NCBI RefSeq assembly: GCF_006345805.1
Contig: NC_043003.1
Location: forward strand, 3,534,001 to 3,598,000
Length of the DNA: 64,000 nucleotides
Reading direction: 5' to 3'
Source: Octopus sinensis
Lineage: Eukaryota
Each line of letters begins with the position of its first letter. The stretch's first letter is position 1. Under the pieces are notes generated by a model. It was not told the origin of the DNA. It did no database searches and worked only from the letters and a program-made list of their open reading frames with translations. This document shows positions 36,529 to 48,222 of this stretch, in pieces. The position numbers were made by a program, and so were the translations under genes.

Positions 36529-37887
36529 TCATTGTTTTACAGCTGTGATATTCTGTCTCTTTGTCACAGGTTTAAGAAATTGTTCTTGTTGCAAAAGCCA
36601 TTTTCTTTTCTTGCTTTGCAGGAATTCTTTTGTTTTTTCACTATCTTTGAGTTTTGCATTATGCCTGACATGTGGAAGATTACGATAATAGTACCAGTTG
36701 AGCTGATCACCATTTTGGCTTAGCCTTCTGTTTGTTAACCACTCTTCTAAACAGTCTAAGACAATAGAATCGGTATCTTCATCAAATTTGTTGGCTACTA
36801 TTTGGGGACAGCTTGTGAGCCATGGAAGATCTCCGATACTATAAATACAAACACTACGTTTTGATTTACCGGAACATTTAACTGGATCCCAATCCCATAT
36901 AACAGCTTTTGAGACAAAGTTATGTTTATCATGTCGGATTTCAACGCCACCAGAGCCACCTGGGGCAAATTCTAGGGAATTAAGAGTTGACCAGATATTT
37001 TCTTCTGGTGAGTATGTATCATTCAGCCAATTAAAAATGGTCATTGCAACATCATCTTCTAAGACAAATTCAACAAAGTCTCGTGAAAACATCCCATAAG
37101 CACTTCCTTTATACAACGGTATTTGATATTTCAATGGTAGTTTGCTTTCATTTGTTTTACTCAGTGATTTCTCATTGATTTTTATTTTATATTTTACACG
37201 CCAATCTAAATGTTTGGGGTGCTTGAATGCTTCAATATCGTTAGTTCCATTGAAAATCTTCAGAATTTCAACTAATTCCAGGTTTGTCTTCAATGGAAAT
37301 TCTTGACCAGTAAGATTTATGTAGTATTTCCATTTTACGTTGGATTTGATGCATGCCTTCATGCATTCTACTTCAGCTTGTAAATGCCTAAAAGTAGCAT
37401 ATACAACATTTATTCGATTCTCTGCAAGTACAACATTTGGTAGACAAGTGCTGATGCTTTTTATCAGTTCAAATGTATTGTTATCAGTCTTCGCATCAAC
37501 ATGGATACAATAAACATTATGTGGCAAGTAGATTGCTCTTAGTAATCTTTCAAATTGCTTTGGTTTGTCATACATTTTGATGGCAAATGCAATTGGGTAA
37601 TCAAGCTCCATTTGAGTAGCCGGTTTGCTAAAATATCCATGGAACAGACAGAAATTGGAACAATTTTCTAAAAGTTTCTTCAGAGTATAAATGGTATCTG
37701 TATTTTGTTTTATTAAGCTAACCTTTTCGACATAGTCAGGATTGCCTCTCAATAGAAGCCTGCAATCTACCATCTTTTTCTGATCTTCTGGACTTTCTAA
37801 TGCTTTGCTGTAATACCATTTGCTTAAAAGCATGAAGGTTGCCCCACATATAAGTAGATGGACGACGATACGTACTTTCAGCTTCAT
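36529..37887 (-). CDS. Core-2/I-branching beta-1,6-N-acetylglucosaminyltransferase (GCNT family, GT14), 452 aa, single coding exon
   Basis: N-terminal TM segment; motifs YPIAF, LRAIYLPHNVYCIHVDAK, WKYYINLTGQEFPLKTN, YKGSAY..SRDFV, DTYSPEE (catalytic Glu position), C..RSVCIY..GDLPWL..ANKFD, CLEEWL. The paralog cannot be assigned. Confidence 0.93.
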   Translation of the reverse strand: MKLKVRIVVHLLICGATFMLLSKWYYSKALESPEDQKKMVDCRLLLRGNPDYVEKVSLIKQNTDTIYTLKKLLENCSNFCLFHGYFSKPATQMELDYPIAFAIKMYDKPKQFERLLRAIYLPHNVYCIHVDAKTDNNTFELIKSISTCLPNVVLAENRINVVYATFRHLQAEVECMKACIKSNVKWKYYINLTGQEFPLKTNLELVEILKIFNGTNDIEAFKHPKHLDWRVKYKIKINEKSLSKTNESKLPLKYQIPLYKGSAYGMFSRDFVEFVLEDDVAMTIFNWLNDTYSPEENIWSTLNSLEFAPGGSGGVEIRHDKHNFVSKAVIWDWDPVKCSGKSKRSVCIYSIGDLPWLTSCPQIVANKFDEDTDSIVLDCLEEWLTNRRLSQNGDQLNWYYYRNLPHVRHNAKLKDSEKTKEFLQSKKRKWLLQQEQFLKPVTKRQNITAVKQ

Positions 37888-37899
37888 AATTCTGTTTAA

Positions 37900-38077
37900 C
37901 TAAAGGGAGGAAAAAATGAAAGAAAGAAAGAAAAAGTAGAATAAAATGAAAATATTGCAGGACCAATATAAAAATGAATGTGAATGATAATAGAAATAAT
38001 TTTTGTGATAATTGAGTAAAAGTTATAATTTAAAATGTCACAAACATTCCTGTAAAATACATCTGAAAAAAACATAC
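37900..38077 (-). other. Predicted 5'-UTR intron of the GCNT gene
   Basis: Strong acceptor TTTTTTCCTCCCTTTAG| ending at 37900, 12 nt before the ATG; nearest good donor GAG|GTATGT at 38077. The donor choice is inference. Confidence 0.5.
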
Positions 38078-38394
38078 CTCAATCATGGTTGTTTCTCTGA
38101 GAATAATTTCAATTAGTCAAGCCTGTTAATTAGTGTTTGTAGCAATCAACTACAAAATGCCTCAGCTGAGATTCAAAAGCGAATCCACATTTTTCCACAC
38201 TGGCAAATAAATCCTTGGCCTATTGTCTTAGACTTTTTGTACTAAGGGATTAAGGAAAATAAATTGACATCTTAGACTTTTTTGAGTTGATCGCAGTTCA
38301 AACCTGTGTTTATGTACTACCTGCATAAAAAAAAAGAGGGATTTGGTGGATTATACAAACTTTTGTCCATGTTTTGTCCAAGCTTTTTGTCCAT

Positions 38395-38810
38395 ATGCGC
38401 AGGAGTGGCTGTGTGGTAAGTAGCTTGCTGACCAACCACATGGTTCCGGGTTCAGTCCCACTGCGTGGCATCTTGGGCAAGTGTCTTCTGCTATAGCCCC
38501 GGGCCGACCAATGCCTTGTGAGTGGATTTGGTAGATGGAAACTGAAAGAAGCCTGTCGTATATATGTATATATATATGTGTGTGTGTATATGTTTGTGTG
38601 TCTGTGTTTGTCCCCCTAGCATTGCTTGACAACTGATGCTGGTGTGTTTACGTCCCCGTCACTTAGCGGTTCGGCAAAAGAGACCGATGGAATAAGTACT
38701 GGGCTTACAAAGAATAAGTCCCGGGGTCGATTTGCTCGACTAAAGGCAGTGCTCCAGCATGGCCGCAGTCAAATGACTGAAACAAGTAAAAGAGTAAAAG
38801 AGTAAAGAGA
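38395..38810 (+). mobile_element. SINE family A
   Basis: Full-length copy just upstream of the GCNT gene. Confidence 0.9.
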
Positions 38811-39147
38811 GTTTTCTTTAAATTATTTTATTTACTGAATTTGAAGGAAAGAATAATGTTCATGGCTTTTTACAGATCCTCTCAGACGGAGAAATAGATG
38901 CCATTAATATTCCACATGAGACTTTGTAAGTCAGCATCAGAGGGGAAGACATGTGTAGAGAAGGGATTTCAGAGGCAGACATTTTGGGAAAGAAAGGGCT
39001 CCAGAGGAGGATATTTTAGGAAAGAAGGGCTGTGAAGGCTAAAAATCAACAACTGGAAGATAAAATTACAAGTTATTAAATTGCTGTGGAATAATGAGGG
39101 ATACAAATACCAAGAGGCACTTCAAGACGATAAGAAAATGGAAAGAG

Positions 39148-40510
39148 AAATCATCATCATCATCATCATCATCATTTAATGTCCGTTTTCCATGCTGGCA
39201 TGGGTTTTCGGTTTGACCAGAGCTGGCATGCTGGAAGGCTGCACCAGACTCCAGTCTGATTTGGCATGGTTTTACTACAGCTGGATAATCTTCCTAACGC
39301 TAACCACTCTGAGAGTGTAATGGGTGCTTTTGCATGCCACTTGTGTGACACTGGTATCTGTCACAAATGCGATTTTGCTCAGCTTGGTGGATCTTCTTTT
39401 CAAGTACGATGTAATGCCAAGGGTCTTGGTCATTGCCTCCGTGAGGTTGAACACTTGAAAGGAGCTCAGCCACTTTGCATCTGTGAAGCTTAACATTTGA
39501 AGGGTGCATTTTACGTGCCACTGGCACAGGTGCCAGTTACGTGACACCAGGATCAGCCATGACTACAATTTCACTTGGCTTGACGAGTCCTCTCAAGCTC
39601 AGTACATCATCAAAGGTCTTGGTCACCAGTCATTGCCTCCATGAGGCCCAACATTCGAAGATCATACTTCACCACTTTGTCCCATGTCTTCCTGGGTTCC
39701 CTCCATAGTTAGAGATTGGCACTGCTTTACACAACTGTCCTCGATGAAACACGTCACATGACCATAGCAGTACAGTTATCTCTCTTGCACACCACACCTG
39801 ATGCATCTTATGCCCAATTTTCCTCTCACGATGCTTACACCCTGTTGAACATGCACATCCAACAATGCATACTGGCTTCATCCCTCTCAAGCCTATGCAT
39901 GTCCTCGGCTGTTGCAGCCCATGTTTCACTGCCATGTGGCATAGCTGTTCACACACAGATATCAAACAATCTGCTTTTCATTCTGAGAGAGAAGCCCTTT
40001 GTTACCAGCAGGGGTAGGATCTCTCTGAACTTCGTCAAGCCTAATCTTATTCTCACAGCTACGCTCTCGGAGCATCCACCTCCACTACTAACTTGGTCAC
40101 CTAGATAACGGAAGCTATCTACTACCTCTAGCTTACCCACCTGGCAGTTGATGGAATCTATTTTCTGTACATTTTCAGCATTTATTGTACTTGTGCACCT
40201 TCCACATACAAAAGTTAGTTTCTCTGTTAACCTTCCTCTGATATTGCTGCTACTTTTGTGAGTCTAAAGCTTACATTGGAAGCATCTTATGGAGTTTCTA
40301 CCTATGCCTTTTGTACAGATTGAGCAGGACCATCTACCTGAAGAGATTTGTTATTTGTCTGTCTTCCTACTTACTAAGACTTTGGTTTTTGCTAGGTTAA
40401 CTCTAAGGCCCTTTGAGTCTAGACCTTGCTTCCATACTTGGAACTTCTCTGGTTCTGGTAGTGATTCAAGTATAAGAGCAAAGTCATCAACATAGAGGAG
40501 CTCCCAGGGG
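39148..40510 (-). mobile_element. 5'-truncated RTE LINE
   Basis: KLEVVDSFRYLGDQVSSGGGCSES..LPLLVTKGFSLRMKSRLF, then the family 3'UTR and (GAT)n. Confidence 0.85.
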
Positions 40511-40559
40511 TAGCTCTTTGTCTATTGACAAGAAACCTTGAAATAAAACTAAATAATGT

Positions 40560-40745
40560 TATACATACATGCATGCATACATACATACATACACACACAC
40601 TAACATAAATACATACATACATACATACATACACATACACACTCACATACATACATACATACACACACACTCACATACATACATACATACATACATACAT
40701 ACATACATACATCCCAACACACGCTTACAAGCATACATACATACA
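40560..40745. repeat. (TACA)n microsatellite
   Basis: Read directly. Confidence 0.95.
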
Positions 40746-40748
40746 TAT

Positions 40749-41162
40749 TACTCTTTTACTCTTTTACTTGTTTCAGTCATTTGACTGCGGCCATGCTGGA
40801 GGACCGCCTTTAGTCAAGCAAATCGACCCCAGGACTTATTCTTTGTAAGCCTAGTACTTATTCTATCGCTCTCTTTTTGCTGAACTGCTAAGTGACGGGG
40901 ACGTAAACACACCAGCATCGGTTGTCAAGCAATGCTAGGGGGACAGACACAGACACACAAACATATACACACACACTTATATATATATACATATATACGA
41001 CAGGCTTCTTTCAGTTTCCGTCTACCAAATCCACTCACAAGGTATTGGTCAACCTGAGGCTATAGTAGAAGACACTTGCCCAAGATGCCACGCAGTGGGA
41101 CTGAACCCGGAACCATGTGGTTGGTTAGCAAGCTACTTACCACACAGCCACTTCTGTGCCTA
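40749..41162 (-). mobile_element. SINE family A
   Basis: Reverse-complement full-length copy. Confidence 0.9.
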
Positions 41163-42329
41163 TATATATATATACATGTAGAATTTCCATTTACGAGTCA
41201 AGTCACAACTATGCTGAGGACATTTCTTTAAGAACCACATATTTCCTCCTCCTCCTCATCATCATCATCGTTTAACGTCCACTTTCCATGCTGTCATGGG
41301 TTGGACGGATTGGCTGAATACTGGTAAGCTGAGGAGCTGCACCAGGTTCAAATCTGATTTAGCATGATTTCTGCAGCTGGATGCCCTTCCTAATGCCAAC
41401 CACTCCAAGAGTGTAGCAGGTGCTTTCCATGTGCCACCGGCACAATGGGTGCCATTGACGTGACACTACCTATTTCTTTACTACCCACAAGGGGCTAAAA
41501 ACAGAGGGGGCAAGCAAAGACAGACAAACGGATTAAGTCAATTACATCGACCCCAGTGCGTAACTGGTACTTAATTTATCGACCCCGAAAGGATGAAAGG
41601 CAAAGTCGACCTCGGCGGAATTTGAACTCACAACGTAATGGCAGCTGAAATACTGCAAAGCATTTCGCCCGACGTGCTAACGATTCTGCCAGCTCGCCGC
41701 CTTGACGTGACACTACCATTGGCCACAACTATGATCTCATGGCTTGACAGGTCTTCACAAGCACAGCATATCACCAAAGGTCTCGGTCACCTGTCACTGC
41801 TTCCATGAGGTCCAAAGCTCAAATGGTGCTTTTTTTCATGCCACTGGCTTGGGTGCCAGTCAGGCAGCACTGGTATTGGCTACAACTTTGATTTCACTTG
41901 GCTCGAAAGGTCTTCATAAGCACAGCATATCACCCGACGTTTGAAGGGTACTTTTTACATGCCAGTTGCACGGCACTGGCATCAGCCATGACTACGATCT
42001 CACTTGGCTTGAGGGGTCTTCTTCTCAAGCCTGGCATATTGCCAAACGCCTCACTCACTTGTCATTACTTCCGTGAGCCCCAACACATGGCTATCAAAAG
42101 AAACCCTATTTTTGAATGATCAAAGAAATCCTATGTTTGAATGATACTGTAGTACAGAGTGCTTCTAAAAGGTATAGGTAAAATGGGATGGAAAAATAAT
42201 ACGTGAAATTTAGACATAGAGAGAAATATTTAGAAAATCGTGAATGAATGGTTTTGAGGTTACAAAAACGAAAGGAGAGTTCTGTACTTAGGCAAGGGAG
42301 ACAACTATATTTGACTGTCCAATGTATAT

Positions 42330-42563
42330 TTATTTTTTTTATTGCCCACAGGGAGCTAAACATAGAGGGGACAAACAAAAACAGACAAAGGGATTAAGGT
42401 GATTACATTGACCCCAGTGTGTAACTGGTACTTATTTAATTGACTCTTGAAAGGATGAAAGGAAAAGTCAGCCTCGGCGGAATTTGAGCTCAGAATGTAA
42501 CAGCAGACAAAGTACCGCTAAGCATTTCGCCCTGCGTGCTAACGATTCTGCCAGCTTGCCGCC
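42330..42563 (-). mobile_element. tRNA-headed SINE family C (MetaSINE-like central domain)
   Basis: Minus-strand head GGCGGCAAGCTGGCAGAATCG..GCTCAAATTCC; central CCTTTCATCCTTTC..GATAAATTAAGTACCAG motif. Other copies at about 217-417, 6745-6900, 11265-11480, 13975-14113, 19447-19585, 23262-23700, 24425-24630, 34108-34240, 41465-41702. Confidence 0.8.
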
Positions 42564-42993
42564 CCACGGTTCAATGTATATTGCAAACAAAAATGAGGAA
42601 TAACTCGAATTAGCCATTGATATGTATTTGAACATAGACTAATACAGGTCTGTCAAATACCATACAACATAAACTCTTGATTTATTAAAATTGTCTTCAC
42701 CTCCAGAGGACGTGTCATAATTACCAAATGGCAATTAAGACTAACCAATTGCCGTCTCGAAGGAGAGAATCTCAGCATTCAAGAATTCACCAAAATTGAT
42801 TCGCCAATAAGTCAGGGGTTACCGCAAGTTCTTAGCTAAATTCTTGTTTAAATTATGTAAATCACTTAAGCCATAAGTGTTTTCTACTCTTGTTTTTATA
42901 TAAGTCTAAGTTATAAGTCTTTGGATAGTTGTGGTGCTGATGACAACTATTGAGGTAGAAACATGTGTTATCCAGATAATAAGCTTGCCAATT

Positions 42994-43375
42994 GGAGGCA
43001 CAATGGCCCAGTGGTTAGGGCAGTGGACTCGCGGTCGTAGGATCGCGGTTTTGATTCCCAGACCGGGCGTTGTGAGTGTTTATTGAGCGAAAACACCTAA
43101 AGCTCCACGAGGCTCCGGCAGGGATGGTGGTGATCCCTGCTGTACTCTTTCACCACAACTTTCTCTCACTCTTACTTCCTGTTTCTGTTGTACCTGTATT
43201 TCAAAGGGCCGGCCTTGTCACTCTCTGTGTCACGCTGAATATCCCCGAGAACTGCGTTAAGGGTACACGTGTCTGTGGAGTGCTCAGCCACTTACACGTT
43301 AATTTCACGAGCAGGCTGTTCCATTGATCGGATCAACTGGAACCCTCATCGTTGTAACCGACGGAGTGCTTCTCT
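42994..43375 (+). mobile_element. SINE family B
   Basis: Nearly identical to 30051-30433. Confidence 0.88.
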
Positions 43376-43379
43376 CTTA

Positions 43380-43870
43380 ATTGGTGAATTTGGAAGTATC
43401 AGAACTCAACTACTAAGATTGGTGCTGCAAGTGTGACGGTAGAACACCTACAAAAATCAGCATTGCTTGGAACTGCAAGAATTCTTTGCAGGATTCTTGA
43501 GGCATGACCATTAAACGAGTGACTCCTTAGTCTGCTGGTTGGGGACAGCTGACCCTTTCCATTCTACCCAGCGAAATAAGCCGAAAGTTTTCAACAAATA
43601 ATGATATTAACTCTGATAGAAGTGCAGCAACTGTCGTTGCAAAGAAGGTGAAATCGATGGCAAAGCAAAATGCATTTGAACAATTGGCTGATAGGTGGGA
43701 ACAAAATCTTCTGTATGGCAAATATATGGCCTGTAGCAGAGAAGCTGATGTAGACCAGAAGCACACCCATCAGTGGCTATGGATCTCAGGGCTAAAGGCA
43801 GAGAGTGAAGCCTTTGTCTTAGTTGCCCAAGATCAGAGCGTATTGACTACTGAATGATAATAATAATAAT
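43380..43870 (+). mobile_element. Rearranged R4/Dong-like LINE fragments
   Basis: C-terminal LQKSALLGTARIL* lies before the more N-terminal LLYGKY..SGLKAESE..VAQDQ. Confidence 0.65.
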
Positions 43871-44704
43871 CATAAAAGTATGTTATGACTTACGTTTATA
43901 TATTTGTTTTGCAAGATTTTTGATGTGAAATCATGTGTTGAAGCAGATTTGCTGTATTTCGGAATGGTCATTTTGCCAGTTTAGCCAATAAAAACACATG
44001 CACTATATATTTGGTGTTAATTTGCTTCAGTGTTATTCATTTTTTACATTAATCTTAATCTTATATCGGCCAGAGTTCTTTCGTCACACTCCTGTGACCG
44101 CATCAGTGGTCCTTTGCTTTCTTCTTTCTTATTTGTGTGTCTCTCCTTGCCAGCGGTCAGCCATGTTGTATTTTGTATTTCAGTTGTATGTGTCTTCATT
44201 TGCGCATGCGTATACCTCTCTGTGTGTCTATGTTTATTTAGTGTGTGTGCGTAGGGGGAGGGGGCAAGTATCTGTAATATTTGTATCTCCTGTTTATATA
44301 CTCTCTTTTTTACTCTTTTACTCTTTTACTTGTTTCAGTCATTTGACTGCGGCCATGCTGGAGCACCGCCTTTAATCGAGCAACTCGACCTCGGGACTTA
44401 TTCTTTGTAAGCCCAGTACTTATTCTATCGGTCTCTTTTGCCGAACCGCTAAGTGACGGGGACATAAACACACCAGCATCGGTTGTCAAGCGATGTTGGG
44501 GGGACAAACACAGATATACAAACTCTCTCTCACACACACACACATATATATATATATATACATATATACAACGGGCTTCTTTCAGTTTCCATCTACCAAA
44601 TCCACTCACAAGGCTTTGGTCGGCCCGAGGCTATAGTAGAAGACACTTGCCCAGAAATACTAAACTTCTAAATCTCTCGTAGAGACATGTACGGTGGTGG
44701 GGCG

Positions 44705-45142
44705 ATAGAATGGTTGTATACTGTCAATCTAACACGAACGTGACAGTAGGGGGTACACCACTGCTGTTTAGCCCTAGGAAGCCTCGACGCCTCCTGATGG
44801 CTTTGACACATTTTTCCTGTGTCCTTATATACATTTACGAAGGGGAGACAAACACCCCCAGCCGCCCGGGGCTGCATCTAGGGACACGTGTTTCAGGATG
44901 ATTGTCCTTCGTCGGTGACTGCTACTCTAGGCCGACGAAGGACAAACATCCTGAAACACGTGTCCCTAGATGCAGCCCCGGGCGGCTGGGCATGTTTGTC
45001 TCCCCTTCGTAAATGTATATAAGGACACAGGAAAAATGTGTCAAAGCCATCAGGAGGCGTCGAGGCTTCCTAGGGCTAAACAGCGGTGGTGTACCCCCTA
45101 CTGTCACGTTCGTGTTAGATTGACAGTATACAACCATTCTAT
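44705..45142. repeat. Long inverted repeat: 211 bp arms, 16 bp spacer
   Basis: 44705-44915 vs 44932-45142, about 4 substitutions; possible TA target duplication. Confidence 0.95.
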
Positions 45143-47510
45143 ATATATATATATATATTTGTAAAAAATGAAGTTCGAAAATGCTGCTATATTATACAAT
45201 TTTTAATTTTTATATATACATTATAACATGTTTCAGTTCCTGAAATGAACCTTATCAAAAAGAGTTATATATAAAAAAAGACAGCTCATGCCGTCAAACA
45301 CAAGAAATTCATTTATAATACACAACGAAGTCAGACATCTTTAAAGTTCAAATATAGTTTGAAGTAAGTTCATTCATGCTATATGTTCAAAGTGTTCGAT
45401 GCAGTGGCCCACGGTGGCGATACTTATTCAATACAAAAAACAGATCAAAGTGGTGGAAAGTAGTCAATACAGAAGATTGATGTTCCCGAAAGAGCGAGGA
45501 ATTCATTTTTACCTTGAGCAATTGTGATGACCCATGGTGGATGTTCGCTGGGTGATTCTAGTGAGTCTTGTGAGTTGTTCGGGTTTTATAATGCCTGTTA
45601 GGTGGTCAGTCCAGCGTAGCGTGACGTCATCAACGTTTTGACCAATCGTTTCGTTAGGTGGCTTTAGTCAAGCAGAACGGTACGTCATCAACATTCTGAC
45701 CAATCGTGACCTATCGCTGTATTATGACTGTCTCTTGTCTGTATCCTGTTTTGACCAGTCGTTTCGTTAGGTGGCTTAGTCAAGCAGGACGGTACGTCAT
45801 CATGATTCTGACCAATCACGACTTATAGCTGTATTAGATCTGCCCCTTTTCGTTAGGTGGCTTAGTCAAGCAGAACGGGACGTCATCAGCATTCTGACCA
45901 ATCGTGACCTATCGCTGTATTATAACTGCCTCTTGTCTGTATCCTGTTTTCACCAGTCGTTTCGTTAGGTGGCTTAGTCAAGCAGAACGGGACGTCATCA
46001 AGATTCTGCCCAATCACGACTTACAGCTGCATTAGATCTGCCCCCTGTCTGTATTTTGTTAGGTGACTAGTCAAGCAGAAAGGTACGTCATCAATATTCT
46101 GACTAATCTCTGCACCCTGTTTGTATCCTGTCCATTCTAGCAGAACTAGACGTCATCAGCGTGTTGACCAATCAGAATCAGGTCTGACCCTTAGCTGTAT
46201 CGTATGTGGTCAGTCCATCAGGGTCAGATTTGCACGAAAGAATTTTTTTCCTTTTTTACTAAGGCATATTTCCGTCAGTGCGAGTGACTGTTTAAGGTAG
46301 CGGCCGTGGTGGAATTTTGCTTCTCCTTTTCGGAGGACTTATCTTTTGTTTTAATATTCCTGGCCCAGGGTGTTTAAACTTGGTCTAAATTTTTTTATGA
46401 AATACAGTTCTTTATTTTGGCGTTGTGTGAAGGTTGCGTTGTCACTGAATGTATAGAGCGGGTTAGTTGTAAATTTCAGATTTACATTTCCAGCACATCT
46501 ATCTATGTGTCCGCTGACCGGTATTTTGCGGTAATCAGGGTTTCTAATTTGTGATTTATGCACCGCCATCCTGTTACGTAAGCTATTTTTTGTATGGCCT
46601 ATATACTGCCTATTGCAGCCTGCGCATGTTATGACGTAAATTAAGTTTTCTGATGCGCAGGTGAAGTTTGTTCTAATGGTGAACTGGTGGCCTTGTTCCA
46701 GTATAAATTCTGATCCTTCTTTCAAGATGACACAGATTCCGCAGTTGGGCCTTCCACATTTTCTAACTGCTGGTTTTGTGGTTGATGTTGAGTGCAGTGT
46801 AGCTTGGGTTAAAATCCTTTTCAAGGATTTTGGTTGCCGTTTACTTTTAATGATGGTGTGTGTTTCGAGGATCCGGTTCATCTTTGGGTCTCCCTTTAGT
46901 AGGGCTGTGCTTTGTAGTATGGTGTTGAAGGCCTCATTGTTGAGTCGGTTGTGTGTAGAGATGTAGGGAAGGGTTTTTAATTGTTCTTTCTTTTTTGGTT
47001 TTGTTTGTCTCAGGTTTTCTATACTTAATTTAAGTATCCGTTGGATTGCACTGTCTATTAGGGGCTGTGGATAGTTTCTATTTGTGAGTGTGGTTCTAAG
47101 TTCCTGGAGACGTGTGTGTCGGGTGTTTGTGTCTGATATTATGGTGCAAATCCTTCTAGCTAAACAAAAAGGGACATTCATTCTAGTGTGTCGTGGGTGG
47201 CATGAATCAAAGGGTAGGTACTGTTTAGAGTCTGTCGGTTTATAGTAGATATCTGTCTCTATTTTGTTGCCGGTTTTCTTAATGAGGATGTCTAAAAATG
47301 GTAATTCTTTTTCGTTGTGGTCCATCGTGAATTGTATATTGTCATTTATTCCATTTAATAGTATTTTAAATTCCTCAAGTTTCTCTATACCTTTGTCCCA
47401 GATGATGAAACAGTCATCGAGGTATCTTTTCCAGTTGTTATGGATATAGGTGGCGAAGGTGTTTCCATATTTCTCGAGTGTTATCCGGTATAGTATTTTC
47501 TCGGTATAGT
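45143..47510 (-). mobile_element. Penelope-like retroelement, 5'-truncated, young
   Basis: Open frame 47510-46351 with RT (RYLDDCF, TDIYYKPTDSKQYL) and GIY-YIG nuclease (CGRPNCGIC, LIYVITC..C..QYIGHT..LRNRM..H); 1.2 kb 3' region; both ends in (TA)n. Confidence 0.92.
45535..46200 (-). promoter_or_regulatory. Promoter-like array in the Penelope 3' region: 7 CRE-like/CCAAT modules, TATA, Inr-like, Kozak ATG
   Basis: ACGTCA at 45624, 45682, 45794, 45880, 45992, 46085, 46150; CCAAT starts 18 nt later in six of seven. Minus strand: TATAAAA 45590-45584, TCACT near 45562, CCACCATGG with ATG at 45535. Confidence 0.6.
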
Positions 47511-47889
47511 ATATATATATATATATACACACATACACACATACATAGATATATAAATATGTATATATATACATACATACATACATACATACATACATAC
47601 ATACGTACATACATACATACATATATATATGTGTGTGTGTGTGTGTGTGTATGGTAGTGAAACATGGGCTGTGACTACTGAGGACATGCGTTTTAGCAGT
47701 ATTTGCATGCTTCACTTGTCATTACAACAATGCTGTTGTGACACAGTTCTTTTGATTGAACGAGATGTAAATGTCACCTGCTATTTGATATAAAGTGTGT
47801 ACATGCGTACAGGAAGGCAGTCACCAACATACCTACCTACTTAGCTACACCCTTACATGCAGTGCTGCCTTTATCCTTTGTTTCATTAT

Positions 47890-47907
47890 ATCTATCTATC
47901 TACCTAC

Positions 47908-47987
<80 letters not shown>

Positions 47988-47988
47988 A

Positions 47989-48031
<43 letters not shown>

Positions 48032-48092
48032 ATATATATATATATATATATATATGTCTGTCTATCTATCTATCTCTGTCTCTCTCTCTCTG

Positions 48093-48123
<31 letters not shown>

Positions 48124-48128
48124 GTCTG

Positions 48129-48221
<93 letters not shown>

Positions 48222-48222
48222 A
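47890..48222. repeat. (TATC)n microsatellite with TA/TC interruptions
   Basis: Read directly; resumes at 49195-49385. Confidence 0.97.

Noticed and set aside
36529-37887. GCNT as a gene nested in NEK8, or a bacterial transfer or retrocopy
   Set aside because: NEK8 starts at 31148, so the GCNT lies upstream. Single-exon coding regions are normal in this animal family and a UTR splice acceptor is present.
45845-45890. Hammerhead-like CTGATGA..CGAAA on the minus strand of the promoter repeats
   Set aside because: No stem II pairing and no valid cleavage triplet; CTGATGA is a by-product of the CRE-like motif.
47795-48222. N-terminal half of the 342-aa ORF and similar [12 protein letters not shown] ORFs
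   Set aside because: Microsatellite read-through; only the part after 48223 is real (Tx1) coding sequence.
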